Source: Alphaproteobacteria bacterium (GTDB lineage: Bacteria > Pseudomonadota > Alphaproteobacteria > Micropepsales > Micropepsaceae). Taken from it: a stretch of 64,000 nucleotides of DNA. The notes beneath the pieces are model-generated. The model saw only the letters and a program-made list of their open reading frames with translations, searched no databases and had not been told where the DNA came from. Numbering within the stretch: position 1 is the stretch's first letter; each line of letters opens with the position of its first letter. The stretch lies in NCBI GenBank assembly GCA_947473475.1, contig CANJBZ010000009.1:21919-85918 (forward strand), read 5' to 3'. This document shows positions 28,095 through 38,079 of the stretch, in pieces. Made by a program: the position numbers and the translations under genes.

Positions 28095-29248
28095 AGCCGT
28101 TTGCCGTTTACGTTCACTGGCCGTTTTGCGCCAGGAAATGCCCCTATTGCGACTTCAACTCGCATGTTCGCGACCGCTACGACGACATGCGTTGGGCCCG
28201 TGGGATTGCCAGAGAACTAAGGGCGGTCGCGGAACTTCAGGGACCGGATCGGCCGGCGGTGCACAGCATCTTTTTCGGCGGCGGAACGCCGTCTTTGATG
28301 AGCGGCGCGGCGGCGGCGCATGTCCTCGATGCGATTGCGGAAACCTGGACTGTCTCAGACGACGCCGAAATTACGCTGGAAGCCAACCCCAACAGTGTCG
28401 AGCGGGGCCGGTTTCAAGATTATCGCGCCGCGGGCGTGAACAGAATTTCGATCGGCGTTCAGGCATTGAACGACCAGGACTTGCGGGAATTGGGCCGCTT
28501 GCATAGCGCGGAGGACGCGAAGGCCGCTATCCGCCTCGCTGCGGGAATTTTTCCGCGTGTCAGCTTCGATTTGATTTATGCGCGGCCCAGGCAAACTCTG
28601 GAACAGTGGTCGGCGGAGCTTGAGGAGGCGCTGAGCTTCGGGACCGAACACCTCTCGCTCTATCAGCTGACAATCGAGCCGGGGACGGCGTATGCCACTC
28701 TTCACCGCCAAGGCCGCTTGATCCTCCCAGAAGAGGATTTGGCAGCCGTCATGTTTGAAACAACGCAGAATGTGTGCGCCCGCGCCGGTTTGCCCCCTTA
28801 CGAAATCTCCAATCATGCGCGTCCAGGCGCCGAGAGCCGGCACAATCTAACCTATTGGCACTATGACGATTATGCCGGGGTCGGCCCTGGGGCTCATGGC
28901 CGGATCACCTCCGGTGAACGGCGTTTGGCAACGCAAGCCGAACGCCTGCCGGAGAAGTGGCTTTCAGCCGTGGAAGAAACGGGAAGCAGTCTCGCTCAGA
29001 CGGAAATCCGCACCGAGGAAGCAGCTGAGGAGCACTTGCTGATGGCTGTTCGGCTGACCGAATGGCTTGATCTTACTGCCTACCGTACCCGCTGGGGTTT
29101 TGAGCCCTCGCGTCAGGCGATCAGGCGGCTGGAGCAGCAGGGATTGCTGACACTGGAAAACGATCAGCTTGCCGCAACGGCCGCCGGACGATTGGTCCTT
29201 AACAGTATTATCCGGGAACTTGCGGCGCTGGAACCGGTCGCTGCGTAA
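28091..29248 (+). CDS. hemW: radical SAM heme chaperone HemW (HemN-like)
   Basis: 385 aa with the radical-SAM cluster motif [10 protein letters not shown]. The length and C-terminal HemN_C-like region fit HemW. There is a 4-nt overlap with rdgB. Confidence 0.9.
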   Translation: MKPFAVYVHWPFCARKCPYCDFNSHVRDRYDDMRWARGIARELRAVAELQGPDRPAVHSIFFGGGTPSLMSGAAAAHVLDAIAETWTVSDDAEITLEANPNSVERGRFQDYRAAGVNRISIGVQALNDQDLRELGRLHSAEDAKAAIRLAAGIFPRVSFDLIYARPRQTLEQWSAELEEALSFGTEHLSLYQLTIEPGTAYATLHRQGRLILPEEDLAAVMFETTQNVCARAGLPPYEISNHARPGAESRHNLTYWHYDDYAGVGPGAHGRITSGERRLATQAERLPEKWLSAVEETGSSLAQTEIRTEEAAEEHLLMAVRLTEWLDLTAYRTRWGFEPSRQAIRRLEQQGLLTLENDQLAATAAGRLVLNSIIRELAALEPVAA

Positions 29249-29257
29249 GCGCTGTCT

Positions 29258-30574
29258 TCAGAAGCCCGGTTGGGGAAACGACCGCGGTGCAGGGTCCACG
29301 ACCGTCAGACCGTTCGGGCTGACCTGCAGAATGGCGAGGCCCCGTTCGGCCGCGCCATCGGCGCTGAAGCGAAAAATCCCGTCGACGCCGACGAAACCAT
29401 CCGGGTCGGTCAACGCGCCGTCGGTGAAGCGCTGATAGGGCCGCCCCCGCGACAACAGCGCGACCAGCGACAAGGCGTCATAGGACAGCGTTGTGATACG
29501 GGGCGGGGCGGCGCCATAGACGTCGCGGTAATGGGCCGAGAAATTGCGGAACGCATCGGGGTTTGGCGCGGCGAACCAGCCCCGCGCCAATGACGGTTCG
29601 CGCCCCACGGTAGCGTCGTCCCACAGGCCGGTCCCTAAGAGCTGGACCCGGCGCATCATGGCGCCGTTCGAAGCCAGCGCGGGAGCGATTGCCTGCAGCA
29701 TCGTGCCGCCTTCCGGGATCAGGACCGCATCGGCCCCGGCTTGCGCCACGGCTTTCGTGGGCTCAACGACGGCCTGAGGTCTTTCATCGAAGGGCTGAAC
29801 GGCAGCGATACGGGCGCCGCTGCGGGTCACCGATTGCCGGAAGGCCGCCTCGACTTTCTGGCCATAGGCGGTCTTCGGGATCAGAGCGGAAAAGCTGGCG
29901 TGCCCGGTTTTCACCGCATAGCTGACAATGCGGTTCACTTCCGTCTCGGGCTGAAAACTCAGAAGATAGGTCCCATTCCCGCCAACGGAACGGTCGCTGG
30001 AAAAAGCCACCATCGGAACTTTGCCCGCGCGCGCGATGGGGGCGACGGCGGTCACGGATTGCGCGAAAAGCGGCCCGATAATGATCTCGGCTCCGTCCTG
30101 GATCGCCTTGGCGGCGGCAGCGGCCGCTTTTTCGGGCGTGCCGCCGTCGTCACGCGGCATCAATAGGATATCGGTGTTCTTTGAATCGAACACCGCAAGC
30201 TCCGCGGCACGTTCCATGGCCTCCGCCACGGCGCGTGACTCGGCGGTCCCCCCGGAGAGTGGCAACAGTAGCGCAACCCGGGCCGGAGTGGCGCCGGACG
30301 CTGTATTGCGCAGGCGGTAGAAATTCGGCTGGTCGGTCCGCGAGGGCGCGGCAGGCGTGGGCGTGGGCGCGGCCATCGCGACGGGAGTGGGAGGCGGTGG
30401 CGGTGGCGGAGGGGGCGCGGCGACTGGCGCCATGGTCTGGCAGCTTGCCAGTGCGACGCCTATCGTAAGGCTGAACGTGATCGCGCACACTTGCCGTCGC
30501 GATTCGCGAGACCAGTTCTTTATCGGAGACTGCCGATTTGGCCCGCGGCCGGAAAAAAACGCGAAGACCTTCAT
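29258..30574 (-). CDS. LpoA-like periplasmic-binding-fold lipoprotein (penicillin-binding protein activator family)
   Basis: 438 aa with the lipobox VALASC, a poly-Pro linker (PPPPPPPPPTP) and a type-1 periplasmic binding protein fold. It is divergent from rsmI, as E. coli lpoA(yraM) is. Confidence 0.7.
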   Translation of the reverse strand: MKVFAFFSGRGPNRQSPIKNWSRESRRQVCAITFSLTIGVALASCQTMAPVAAPPPPPPPPPTPVAMAAPTPTPAAPSRTDQPNFYRLRNTASGATPARVALLLPLSGGTAESRAVAEAMERAAELAVFDSKNTDILLMPRDDGGTPEKAAAAAAKAIQDGAEIIIGPLFAQSVTAVAPIARAGKVPMVAFSSDRSVGGNGTYLLSFQPETEVNRIVSYAVKTGHASFSALIPKTAYGQKVEAAFRQSVTRSGARIAAVQPFDERPQAVVEPTKAVAQAGADAVLIPEGGTMLQAIAPALASNGAMMRRVQLLGTGLWDDATVGREPSLARGWFAAPNPDAFRNFSAHYRDVYGAAPPRITTLSYDALSLVALLSRGRPYQRFTDGALTDPDGFVGVDGIFRFSADGAAERGLAILQVSPNGLTVVDPAPRSFPQPGF

Positions 30575-30657
30575 CCGCGGCTGCTCCTTTGGCGATGCTG
30601 GGGGCTGGCCGTAAGGACACGCCGCCTGCGCCGCTCGATTCGAATTGCGACCCTAAG

Positions 30658-31557
30658 ATGCCGCACGATGACGGTAAATCCCGGACCGAACCTGCGGGCC
30701 ATTCCTCAGCTCCGGTGATTGCGCCGGGTCTATATATAACCGCTACGCCGATCGGCAATGCCGCGGACATAACGCTCAGGGCGCTCACCGTACTGAGGGA
30801 GTGCGATGCGATTGTGGCGGAGGATACGCGGGTGACGTCGCGTCTTTTGGCCTTGTATGGGATCAGCCGTCCGCTGCTTGTGTACAACGACCACAATGCG
30901 ACGGGGATGCGACCCAAGCTGCTGGAGCGCCTCGCGGCCGGCGCCCGGCTTGCGTTGGTCAGCGACGCCGGTACCCCGCTCATTTCCGATCCAGGGCACA
31001 AATTGGTGCGCGAAGCCCGCGCTTTGGGGCTGCCGGTTTTCCCGCTGCCGGGCGCATCGGCCGTGCTCGCCGCGCTAGCCGCTGCCGGACTCGCAAGCGA
31101 CCGCTTCTTTTTCGCGGGCTTTTTGCCTTCCAAGTCCGGAGAACGCCGGACCGCGCTTGCCGCGCTTAAGGCCGTTCCCGCAACGCTCATCTTTTTCGAA
31201 TCCGCGCAACGCCTTGGCGATTCTCTTACCGACATGAACGCGGTGCTCGGACCGCGCGAAGCCGTGGTCGCGCGGGAGCTGACGAAATTCCACGAAGAAT
31301 TCGTCCGTGCACCTCTGCCCGAGCTTGCCGCACGCTACGAAACCCCACCCAAAGGGGAGATCGTGGTGCTTGTCGCACCGGCGCCGGACGAGCTGCCCGA
31401 TTCGGCGCGCATCGATTCGCTGCTGACGCAGGCCCTGCCGTTCATGCCCGTGAAGGCTGCTGCGGCGCTGGTCGCCGAAGCGACGCAAAGCTCCCGGCGA
31501 GATGTCTATGAACGGGCTCTGACCATTAAAAACGCAACGGGCGATGAAGAAGCTTGA
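30658..31557 (+). CDS. rsmI: 16S rRNA (cytidine1402-2'-O)-methyltransferase RsmI
   Basis: GLYITATPIGNAADITLRAL and SDAGTPLISDPG are RsmI tetrapyrrole-methylase-fold motifs. The start at 30658 avoids overlap with the divergent lpoA-like gene. Alternatives are 30595 and 30538. Confidence 0.9.
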   Translation: MPHDDGKSRTEPAGHSSAPVIAPGLYITATPIGNAADITLRALTVLRECDAIVAEDTRVTSRLLALYGISRPLLVYNDHNATGMRPKLLERLAAGARLALVSDAGTPLISDPGHKLVREARALGLPVFPLPGASAVLAALAAAGLASDRFFFAGFLPSKSGERRTALAALKAVPATLIFFESAQRLGDSLTDMNAVLGPREAVVARELTKFHEEFVRAPLPELAARYETPPKGEIVVLVAPAPDELPDSARIDSLLTQALPFMPVKAAAALVAEATQSSRRDVYERALTIKNATGDEEA

Positions 31558-31918
31558 ACGCGGCAAAGCCGCGGAAGCCCGTGGGCGGCGCAGCGAAACG
31601 CTTGCGGCGTTTTCTCTTCTTTGCAAATTTTACCGCGTCATTGGACGCCGCGTAAAAACACGGGCAGGCGAGCTGGATCTCATCGCCGTCAGCCCTTCGG
31701 GCGTCCTCTGCTTCATTGAGGTCAAGGCGCGGGGATTGGAGATCGAGGCGGTGGCCGCCGTCACCTCACGCCAGCGGGCACGGATCGTCAAAGCGGCGGG
31801 ACTTTACATGGCCGCACGGCCGGGTTTACGCCACAAAGCTGTGCGATTCGACGCGATACTGGTGACCCCGCGCCGTTGGCCTATCCATGTCAAAGACGCG
31901 TGGCGCCCGGATTGCTAA
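31544..31918 (+). CDS. yraN: YraN family (UPF0102) endonuclease-like protein
   Basis: 124 aa with the GELDLIA ... FIEVKAR motif of the YraN/PD-(D/E)xK fold. Confidence 0.85.
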   Translation: MKKLERGKAAEARGRRSETLAAFSLLCKFYRVIGRRVKTRAGELDLIAVSPSGVLCFIEVKARGLEIEAVAAVTSRQRARIVKAAGLYMAARPGLRHKAVRFDAILVTPRRWPIHVKDAWRPDC

Positions 31919-31943
31919 ACGGATTGCGTTCAAGGGAGTGACG

Positions 31944-32567
31944 ATGACCGCCCCATTTCGCCTTTTGCTCCGCATTGCCCCCATTGCGCTCATTCCGCTT
32001 TTGTCAGGTTGCGTCTGGGTCGCGGCAGGAGGGGCCGTCGCAGGCATCTCCGCCGTGCGTCAGGAACGCACCATCGGCAACGCCGTGGATGACGCACGCA
32101 TCAAAACCACTTTGGAGACACGGCTCGCGCGCCAATACCCTGGGCTTTATTTGCGGACGTCGACCACTGTTATTGAGGGCCGCGTGCTTCTTGCGGGAAG
32201 AGTGGACAATCCCGAGTTACGCTTGGACGCCACGCGCGTCGCCTGGAGTGTGGAGGGCGTCCGCAAGGTCGATAACGATATCGAAGTCTCCGACATGTCG
32301 GGCTGGCTCGACGGGCCGGCGGATTTCATCATGCGCACACAACTGGCCGCAATTTTGCTGGGCGACAAGTCCATCAAGGACGTAAATTACACGACCGATG
32401 TCGTGCATGGAGTCGTCTATTTGATGGGGGTCGCACAGAACAAGGACGAAGTCGATCGCGTGGTCGCTCACGCGCAGCGCCTTAACGGCGTTAAGCGTGT
32501 GGAGAACTATGTCGTGCTAAAGACCGATCCAGCGCGGAACGGATTTCCCGAACCTCCGCCGCAATGA
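31944..32567 (+). CDS. BON-domain lipoprotein (DolP/YraP-like)
   Basis: The start MTAPFRLL follows AAGGGAG. It has the lipobox LLSGC and two BON-like repeats (...VIEGRVLLAGRV... / ...VVHGVVYLMGVA...). Confidence 0.8.
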   Translation: MTAPFRLLLRIAPIALIPLLSGCVWVAAGGAVAGISAVRQERTIGNAVDDARIKTTLETRLARQYPGLYLRTSTTVIEGRVLLAGRVDNPELRLDATRVAWSVEGVRKVDNDIEVSDMSGWLDGPADFIMRTQLAAILLGDKSIKDVNYTTDVVHGVVYLMGVAQNKDEVDRVVAHAQRLNGVKRVENYVVLKTDPARNGFPEPPPQ

Positions 32568-32574
32568 TGAGCGC

Positions 32575-33441
32575 ATGACGCAAGCCGCCAAAACCTTAGC
32601 TGCCGAGCCTACGCCCGCCGAATTCTTGCAGCATCTCGGCCAATCCGGCGAGGGACCGCACGATGTGGCAAATGCCGCGCTGATGCTTGCGGCGCTCGAC
32701 CGGCCGGATAAAAAACTGGCGGCGTTTCGCGCCCACATGGCGGAACTGGTGGAAGCGGTTCGCGATGAGGCGCATTTCGCGCGCAACGCGGATGCGGCGG
32801 CAAAATCGCTCGCCACCGTTATCGCCGGACGGTACGGCTATGAAGGTGAGCGGGAAAATTACGACGATCCGCAAAACGCCGACATGATGGGCGTGATCGA
32901 ACGACGTCGCGGCCTGCCTGTGGCGCTCGGCATTCTTTACATCCACGCCGCGCGCGGTTGCGGCATGGAAGCCTGCGGATTGTTATCGCCGGGCCATTTC
33001 ATCCTTCGCATTGGCCTGCGCGGAAGCGAAGCGCTGATCGATCCTTTCAACAGCGGCGCGCTTGTGGAACGCGAGCCCATGGCTGCTCCCGGCTACGGCG
33101 GTATCCCGTTTGCCGAGCGGCCCGATTCAACCGATATGCCGGATGCGCTCTCGCCCGTGACCGACTGCGATGTGCTGCTGCGGCTTCAGAACAACACCAA
33201 GACCCGCGCGCTGAAGAAACGGGAAACGGCGCGTGCTATCGAAATCCTCAAGCGGATGACGCTTATCGCACCGAAGCGGAATATTCTCTGGCTCGAGCTG
33301 GCGCATCTGCAGGAATCCTTGGGCGCACTTTCATCCGCGCGTAATGCGTATGAGATGTGCCTGAAGCTTTCCCGCTCCGGTGAGGATATATCCAACGAAG
33401 CTGCCTTTGCGCTGCATGCGCTGAAGCGCCGCTTGAACTGA
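32575..33441 (+). CDS. SirB1/YchA-like transglutaminase-fold plus TPR protein (UPF0162)
   Basis: 288 aa. [19 protein letters not shown] and GHFILRI fit the SirB1 N-terminal domain, with a TPR-like C-terminus. Confidence 0.6.
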   Translation: MTQAAKTLAAEPTPAEFLQHLGQSGEGPHDVANAALMLAALDRPDKKLAAFRAHMAELVEAVRDEAHFARNADAAAKSLATVIAGRYGYEGERENYDDPQNADMMGVIERRRGLPVALGILYIHAARGCGMEACGLLSPGHFILRIGLRGSEALIDPFNSGALVEREPMAAPGYGGIPFAERPDSTDMPDALSPVTDCDVLLRLQNNTKTRALKKRETARAIEILKRMTLIAPKRNILWLELAHLQESLGALSSARNAYEMCLKLSRSGEDISNEAAFALHALKRRLN

Positions 33442-33451
33442 AGGCGCCGCC

Positions 33452-34399
33452 ATGCCGCTCACCGTTGCCGTTCAGATGGACCCTATCGAGCGGATCGATA
33501 TCCGCGGCGATTCCACGTTTGCGCTTTGTCTCGAAGCACAGGCGCGCGGACACAAGCTGCTGTATTACGGGCCGCGCGATCTTTCCTTGCGGGAGATGCA
33601 GGTGGTGGCGCGGGTGCGGCCGCTGGACGTTCGCAACGTCGCGGGAAACCACTTCACGCTCGGTGAATCGCGAAACTACGAACTGGCTTCGGCCGATGTC
33701 GTGCTCATGCGCCAGGACCCGCCGTTCGACATGGCGTACATCACGGCAACGCACATCCTGGAACGAATCCATCCTGCCACACTGGTGGTCAACGATCCGT
33801 TCCATGTTCGCAACGCGCCGGAGAAATTGTTCGTCACCCATTTCAAAGGCGTCATGCCGCCGACACTCATCAGTTCCGCCCCCGACGAAATCCGTGCCTT
33901 CCGCGCCGAGCACAAAGACATCATTTTAAAGCCGCTTTACGGCAATGGCGGCGCAGGCGTGTTTCGCCTGAAGCCGGAAGACGAAAACCTGAACGCGCTG
34001 CTTGAACTGTTCACGCAGTTCTATCGCGAACCGATTGTCGTGCAGCGTTACCTTCCCGACGTGCGCAAGGGGGACAAGCGCGTCATTCTGGTGGACGGCG
34101 TTGCGATCGGCGCGATCAACCGCGTGCCCGCCGAAGGCGAAGCGCGTTCCAACATGCATGTGGGCGGGCGTGCCGAACCTGTTGAGCTGTCGGCCCGAGA
34201 CCGCGTCATTTGCGAGACAATCGGACCGGAACTGAAAGCCCGCGGCCTTATCTTCGCAGGCATCGACGTGATCGGCGATTACCTGACCGAAATCAACGTC
34301 ACGTCGCCGACGGGCATCCAGGAATTAAAGCGGTTCGGCGGCGCCGACGGCGCGGCTCTCATCTGGGACGCCGTCGAAGCACGGCGTAAATCGCGCTAA
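33452..34399 (+). CDS. gshB: glutathione synthetase (prokaryotic ATP-grasp type)
   Basis: 315 aa with the motifs [28 protein letters not shown] and [10 protein letters not shown]. Confidence 0.95.
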   Translation: MPLTVAVQMDPIERIDIRGDSTFALCLEAQARGHKLLYYGPRDLSLREMQVVARVRPLDVRNVAGNHFTLGESRNYELASADVVLMRQDPPFDMAYITATHILERIHPATLVVNDPFHVRNAPEKLFVTHFKGVMPPTLISSAPDEIRAFRAEHKDIILKPLYGNGGAGVFRLKPEDENLNALLELFTQFYREPIVVQRYLPDVRKGDKRVILVDGVAIGAINRVPAEGEARSNMHVGGRAEPVELSARDRVICETIGPELKARGLIFAGIDVIGDYLTEINVTSPTGIQELKRFGGADGAALIWDAVEARRKSR

Positions 34400-34644
34400 C
34401 CGCGCATTGCCCAATGGGGCGGTGTAACCTATCGTCGTGACAACGAGAAATCACGGGACGAAAGGGTTGCGCTCCACTACATGGGTTACAATTTCTGCCG
34501 CATTCACAAGAGCCTTCGTGTTACCTCTGCGATGGCCACCGGCGTCACGGATCGCGTCTGGACAATGTAAGATGTGGCGCTCTAATTGCAGCTCAGGAAG
34601 GGGCCCCGGTGAAGCCTGGACCGTACAAGAAAAAAGCGGAGTAA
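34400..34644 (+). pseudogene. decayed C-terminal remnant of an IS transposase gene
   Basis: The frame from 34400 reads ...ERVALHYMGYNFCRIHKSLRVTSAMATGVTDRVWTM*DVAL*, with two in-frame TAA stops. A frame shift then gives KPGPYKKKAE*. The YNFxRxHxxLRxTPAMAxG...W and GPYKK tail is a recurrent DDE-transposase C-terminus. No N-terminal part and no inverted repeats were seen. Confidence 0.6.
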
Positions 34645-34647
34645 ATC

Positions 34648-34887
34648 GTGTCGCGCCTTGGCGATCTGATTTTGGACGTGGTGGCCATCTTGATCGCCTT
34701 GCAACTAAGTCGTTTAAGCCTAACTGCGATCAGGACAGGCATTTTCACCTGGAGCCACCCTCTCGCGCCTCGCGTCCGGAAGCACCCCCGTGCGGATGAA
34801 CCATTTGACTATTGGTTTGGCGTTATTGGGAGCGTCATATGTGCGGGCTGGTTGACTTGGTTGGCGGCCAGAGATGTGTTGCCGTGA
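34648..34887 (+). CDS. hypothetical small membrane protein
   Basis: 79 aa with a GTG start and two hydrophobic segments (LILDVVAILIALQL, WFGVIGSVICAGWLTWLAA). No recognisable family. It directly follows the transposase remnant. Confidence 0.35.
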   Translation: MSRLGDLILDVVAILIALQLSRLSLTAIRTGIFTWSHPLAPRVRKHPRADEPFDYWFGVIGSVICAGWLTWLAARDVLP

Positions 34888-34930
34888 GACGCAATTTCGA
34901 AATGCGTCACTACTGACGAAAGGACTTAAC

Positions 34931-35524
34931 GTGACCCGAGTCATCAATGATGACGCGCTGGATGTGCTTTTCCGGAACGCGCGCACGCATCGCAAATGGC
35001 GCCCGGAGCCGGTCACCAAACAATTGCTGATGGCGATTTACGATCTCATGCGCTGGGGGCCGACCACCAACAACACGAGTCCCGCGCGCATCACCTATAT
35101 CGTTTCACCCGAGGCCAAGGAGCGGCTGAAGCCGCACCTCACCAAGGGCAATGTCGAACAAACCATGCTCGCGCCGGCGACCGCGATCATTGCCCACGAT
35201 TTGGCATTTTACGACATGATGCCCAAGCTCAGCCCCAATCCGGATTCGCGCGACAGTTGGAGCAAGAAGAGCGAGGCGGAGCTGTACGAAGCCGCCTTCC
35301 GCAATAGCAGTTTGCAAGGCGGCTATTTCATCATCGCCGCGCGCGCCGTCGGACTGGATTGCGGTCCGATGTCCGGGTTCAGTAATGAAGGCGTCGATCG
35401 CGAGTTCTTCGCCGGGACCAAAATTAAATCCAATTTTCTCTGCAATCTTGGTTATGGCGACGACAGCGGAATGCGTCCGCGCGCCGGACGGCTGGACTTC
35501 GACGAAGCCTGCCGCATTCTCTAG
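34931..35524 (+). CDS. nitroreductase family protein (RutE / malonic semialdehyde reductase-like)
   Basis: A GTG start follows GAAAGGAC. LDVLFRNARTHRKW and the WGPTTNNTSPARI pattern fit RutE/YdjA-type nitroreductases. Confidence 0.8.
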   Translation: MTRVINDDALDVLFRNARTHRKWRPEPVTKQLLMAIYDLMRWGPTTNNTSPARITYIVSPEAKERLKPHLTKGNVEQTMLAPATAIIAHDLAFYDMMPKLSPNPDSRDSWSKKSEAELYEAAFRNSSLQGGYFIIAARAVGLDCGPMSGFSNEGVDREFFAGTKIKSNFLCNLGYGDDSGMRPRAGRLDFDEACRIL

Positions 35525-35535
35525 AGACAAACGCG

Positions 35536-36210
35536 GTGCTTCTGCTCGGCATGGATACTGCGCTCGGCGCCTGTTCGGTGGCAGTGCTGCACGATGGGCG
35601 CGTGCTCGCGCACGAGCATCAGTCGATGCAGCGCGGCCATGCGGAAGCTTTGGCGCCGATGGCCGAGCGGGTCATGCGCGAGAGTGGCACAGCGTTCCCG
35701 CAGCTCGACCGCATTGCCGTGACGACGGGCCCCGGCACATTCACCGGACAGCGTGTCGGGCTGGCGTTTGCGCGGGCTCTGGGCGTTGCGCTGAACAAGC
35801 CCGTGATTGGTGTTACCACGCTCGACGCCATGGCGGCACAAGCCGTGTTGCAGCTACAGCTTCCATATGCGGTCGTGGTGGCGGACGCAAAACGGGATGA
35901 GGTGTACTTGGCGGCGCGCTCTGCACAGGGCGAAATCCTGGTCGCGCCGGAATTGATCGCCGTCGAAGCCGTGGTTGCGCGTCTGGATCGCTTGACCCAA
36001 ACTCTGGGCGTATCCTTTGCTCTCGCGGGAACAGCGGCTGAGATTGTCAGTCCTTCGCTTTTGGCGGCGGGTTATGCGCCCGTCGATAGCCTCGTGCGGC
36101 AGCCGGATGCGGTCTTTGTCGCAAAGCTTGCGGCCGATGCGCCGGTCAGCCAGACGCCCAAGCCGCTGTATTTGCGGGAGCCGGATGCCAAATTGCCGGC
36201 GCCCCGATGA
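35536..36210 (+). CDS. tsaB: tRNA t6A37 biosynthesis protein TsaB
   Basis: 224 aa with the MLLLGMDTALGACSVAV N-terminus and TGPGTFTGQRVGLAFARAL. Confidence 0.9.
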   Translation: MLLLGMDTALGACSVAVLHDGRVLAHEHQSMQRGHAEALAPMAERVMRESGTAFPQLDRIAVTTGPGTFTGQRVGLAFARALGVALNKPVIGVTTLDAMAAQAVLQLQLPYAVVVADAKRDEVYLAARSAQGEILVAPELIAVEAVVARLDRLTQTLGVSFALAGTAAEIVSPSLLAAGYAPVDSLVRQPDAVFVAKLAADAPVSQTPKPLYLREPDAKLPAPR

Positions 36211-36656
36211 CGATCCGGCTGGCGCAAATGTCCGATGCCGATGCAATCGCCGGCATTCATGCGAGCTGTTTCGATCCGCCGTGGAGTTCCGAATCCTTTC
36301 TGCGGCTGCTTGAGCATCCGGGCGCTGTTGCCTTCATCGCGGCAGATGCGCCTGAGACTGATTTGCAAGCTTTCATTCTGATTCGGCTGGCGGCGGACGA
36401 GGCAGAAATCATCAGCCTGGGAACGCTCTCCTCCGCACGGCGCGTTGGATTTGCGCGCGCTTTGCTTGCGCGCGCCATGGAAGAAGCCGCACAGCGCGGC
36501 GCCACGGCGATGTTCCTGGAAGTTGCCGCCGACAATGAAGCTGCGCTGGCGCTCTATGAAAGCTGTGGCTTTGCGCTTCTGGGACGGCGCAAGGCGTACT
36601 ATGAACGGCCCGGTGCATCGGCGGACGCGCTGGTTTTGCGGCGCTCCTTGCCGTGA
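36207..36656 (+). CDS. rimI: ribosomal-protein-alanine N-acetyltransferase RimI
   Basis: 149 aa GNAT protein (ARRVGFARALLARA, LEVAADNEAALALYESCGF). It overlaps tsaB by 4 nt, the classical tsaB-rimI pair. Confidence 0.85.
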   Translation: MTIRLAQMSDADAIAGIHASCFDPPWSSESFLRLLEHPGAVAFIAADAPETDLQAFILIRLAADEAEIISLGTLSSARRVGFARALLARAMEEAAQRGATAMFLEVAADNEAALALYESCGFALLGRRKAYYERPGASADALVLRRSLP

Positions 36657-36716
36657 GGCTTATGGGAATGAGCGCGGCTCTCGACTACAGTAACCTCGAA
36701 ACGGGGAGATCCCGAC

Positions 36717-37166
36717 GTGGACCGGACTGAAGAACATCTTAGCCGCATCGAAAAGGCCTGCGCCGATAAGGGCCTGCGCATGACCGAACAGCGGCGCGTG
36801 ATCGCGCGCGTCATGGCCGAAGCCTACGATCATCCTGACGCCGAAGAGCTGTACCGCCGGGCCATCGCGGTCGATCCGCATATTTCGATCGCCACCGTGT
36901 ATCGCACCGTGAAGCTGTTCGAAGACGCAGGGATTCTTGAGCGGCACGATTTTCGCGACGGCCGTTCGCGTTATGAAGAAATCAGCGAGCATCACGATCA
37001 TCTGATCGACGTCACGACCGGACGCGTAATCGAATTTGTGAACGAAGAGATCGAAAAGATTCAACGCCGCGTCGCCGAGGAACTCGGCTTCGACCTCGTG
37101 GATCATCGCCTGGAGCTATACGGCGTGCCGAAGGGCGGCAAGAAGCCGGTCCCCTCGGCCGAATAG
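36717..37166 (+). CDS. fur: Fur family transcriptional regulator
   Basis: 149 aa with the winged helix TEQRRVIARVM...ISIATVYRTVKLFEDAGIL and the metal site HHDHLID. It lacks the C-terminal CxxC pairs, so Fur/Mur/Irr specificity is not resolvable from sequence alone. Confidence 0.8.
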   Translation: MDRTEEHLSRIEKACADKGLRMTEQRRVIARVMAEAYDHPDAEELYRRAIAVDPHISIATVYRTVKLFEDAGILERHDFRDGRSRYEEISEHHDHLIDVTTGRVIEFVNEEIEKIQRRVAEELGFDLVDHRLELYGVPKGGKKPVPSAE

Positions 37167-37169
37167 CTC

Positions 37170-38021
37170 ATGGCGAGTCTGCGCGCCGGCATTCTTCTTT
37201 TCTGCTTCGTGACAATGACGCTGCTTCTTATGCCGGTGCAGCTGGTGCTGTTGCGCCTGCCCGGAACCGCCTGGAAACGGCTGGCGCACGTCTATCACCG
37301 GATGGTGTGCCGGCTGTTTGGCGTGCGGGTTAGAGTGATCGGCACGCCGGTCCAGGGCGGCGTTCTGATGACCGCCAACCATTCGGGCTGGTTCGACATC
37401 CCGGTTCTGACATCGGTGACCCCGCTCTCGTTTGTCGCCAAGGCCGAGGTCGGGCAGTGGGCTTTTTTCGGAACCCTGGCACGGTTCCAGCGCACCGTAT
37501 TTACACGCCGCGCCCGCAGCAAAGCGGCGGAGGACAGCGACAATATCCGGCGGCGCTTGCTTGACGGCGATGCTCTCGTCTTGTTCCCGGAGGGAACATC
37601 CAGCGACGGGAACCGCGTCCTGTCCTTTAGAAGCGCGCTTCTGTCGGCCGCGGAACTGTCATTGGGCGAAGACTCGGAACACCGGATTCGCCACGCCCCC
37701 GTGCAACCCGTCTCGATCGCCTATGTCGCGCTGCACGGAATTCCCATGGGCCGTGAAAATCGTCCCTTTTTCGCTTGGTATGGCGATATGGAACTGGTGC
37801 CCCATCTCTGGGAGGCGCTGCAAGCCGGTCCCATCGACGTCACGGTCGAGTTCCATCCGCCTTACACCATTGATGAGGCCGGAGGGCGTAAGAGGCTTGC
37901 CATTCGCTGCGAAACGGCGGTCCGGGCAGGCTTGGTCCGCGCGCTGACGGGAACCAACGCTGCCGTACACGCTTCGGCGGATGAGGCGCGGCGTGAGGCG
38001 CTCGAGGACGAGGAGGCGTGA
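37170..38021 (+). CDS. lysophospholipid (1-acyl-sn-glycerol-3-phosphate) acyltransferase family protein
   Basis: 283 aa with an N-terminal TM segment, the HX4D motif NHSGWFD and FPEGTSS. Confidence 0.85.
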   Translation: MASLRAGILLFCFVTMTLLLMPVQLVLLRLPGTAWKRLAHVYHRMVCRLFGVRVRVIGTPVQGGVLMTANHSGWFDIPVLTSVTPLSFVAKAEVGQWAFFGTLARFQRTVFTRRARSKAAEDSDNIRRRLLDGDALVLFPEGTSSDGNRVLSFRSALLSAAELSLGEDSEHRIRHAPVQPVSIAYVALHGIPMGRENRPFFAWYGDMELVPHLWEALQAGPIDVTVEFHPPYTIDEAGGRKRLAIRCETAVRAGLVRALTGTNAAVHASADEARREALEDEEA

Positions 38022-38079
38022 GGTTGTCAGACCCTGCGCCTTTCGCGCATATAGCCGCCGTAGCTGGCCGCAAGTGCGC

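Noticed and set aside
30150-31235. 361-aa minus-strand ORF, and the 85-aa plus-strand ORF 30357-30614 with a poly-Gly run.
   Set aside because: The first is antisense to rsmI and spans the divergent promoter gap. The second is the antisense reading of the poly-Pro linker of the lpoA-like gene. Neither has coding features of its own.
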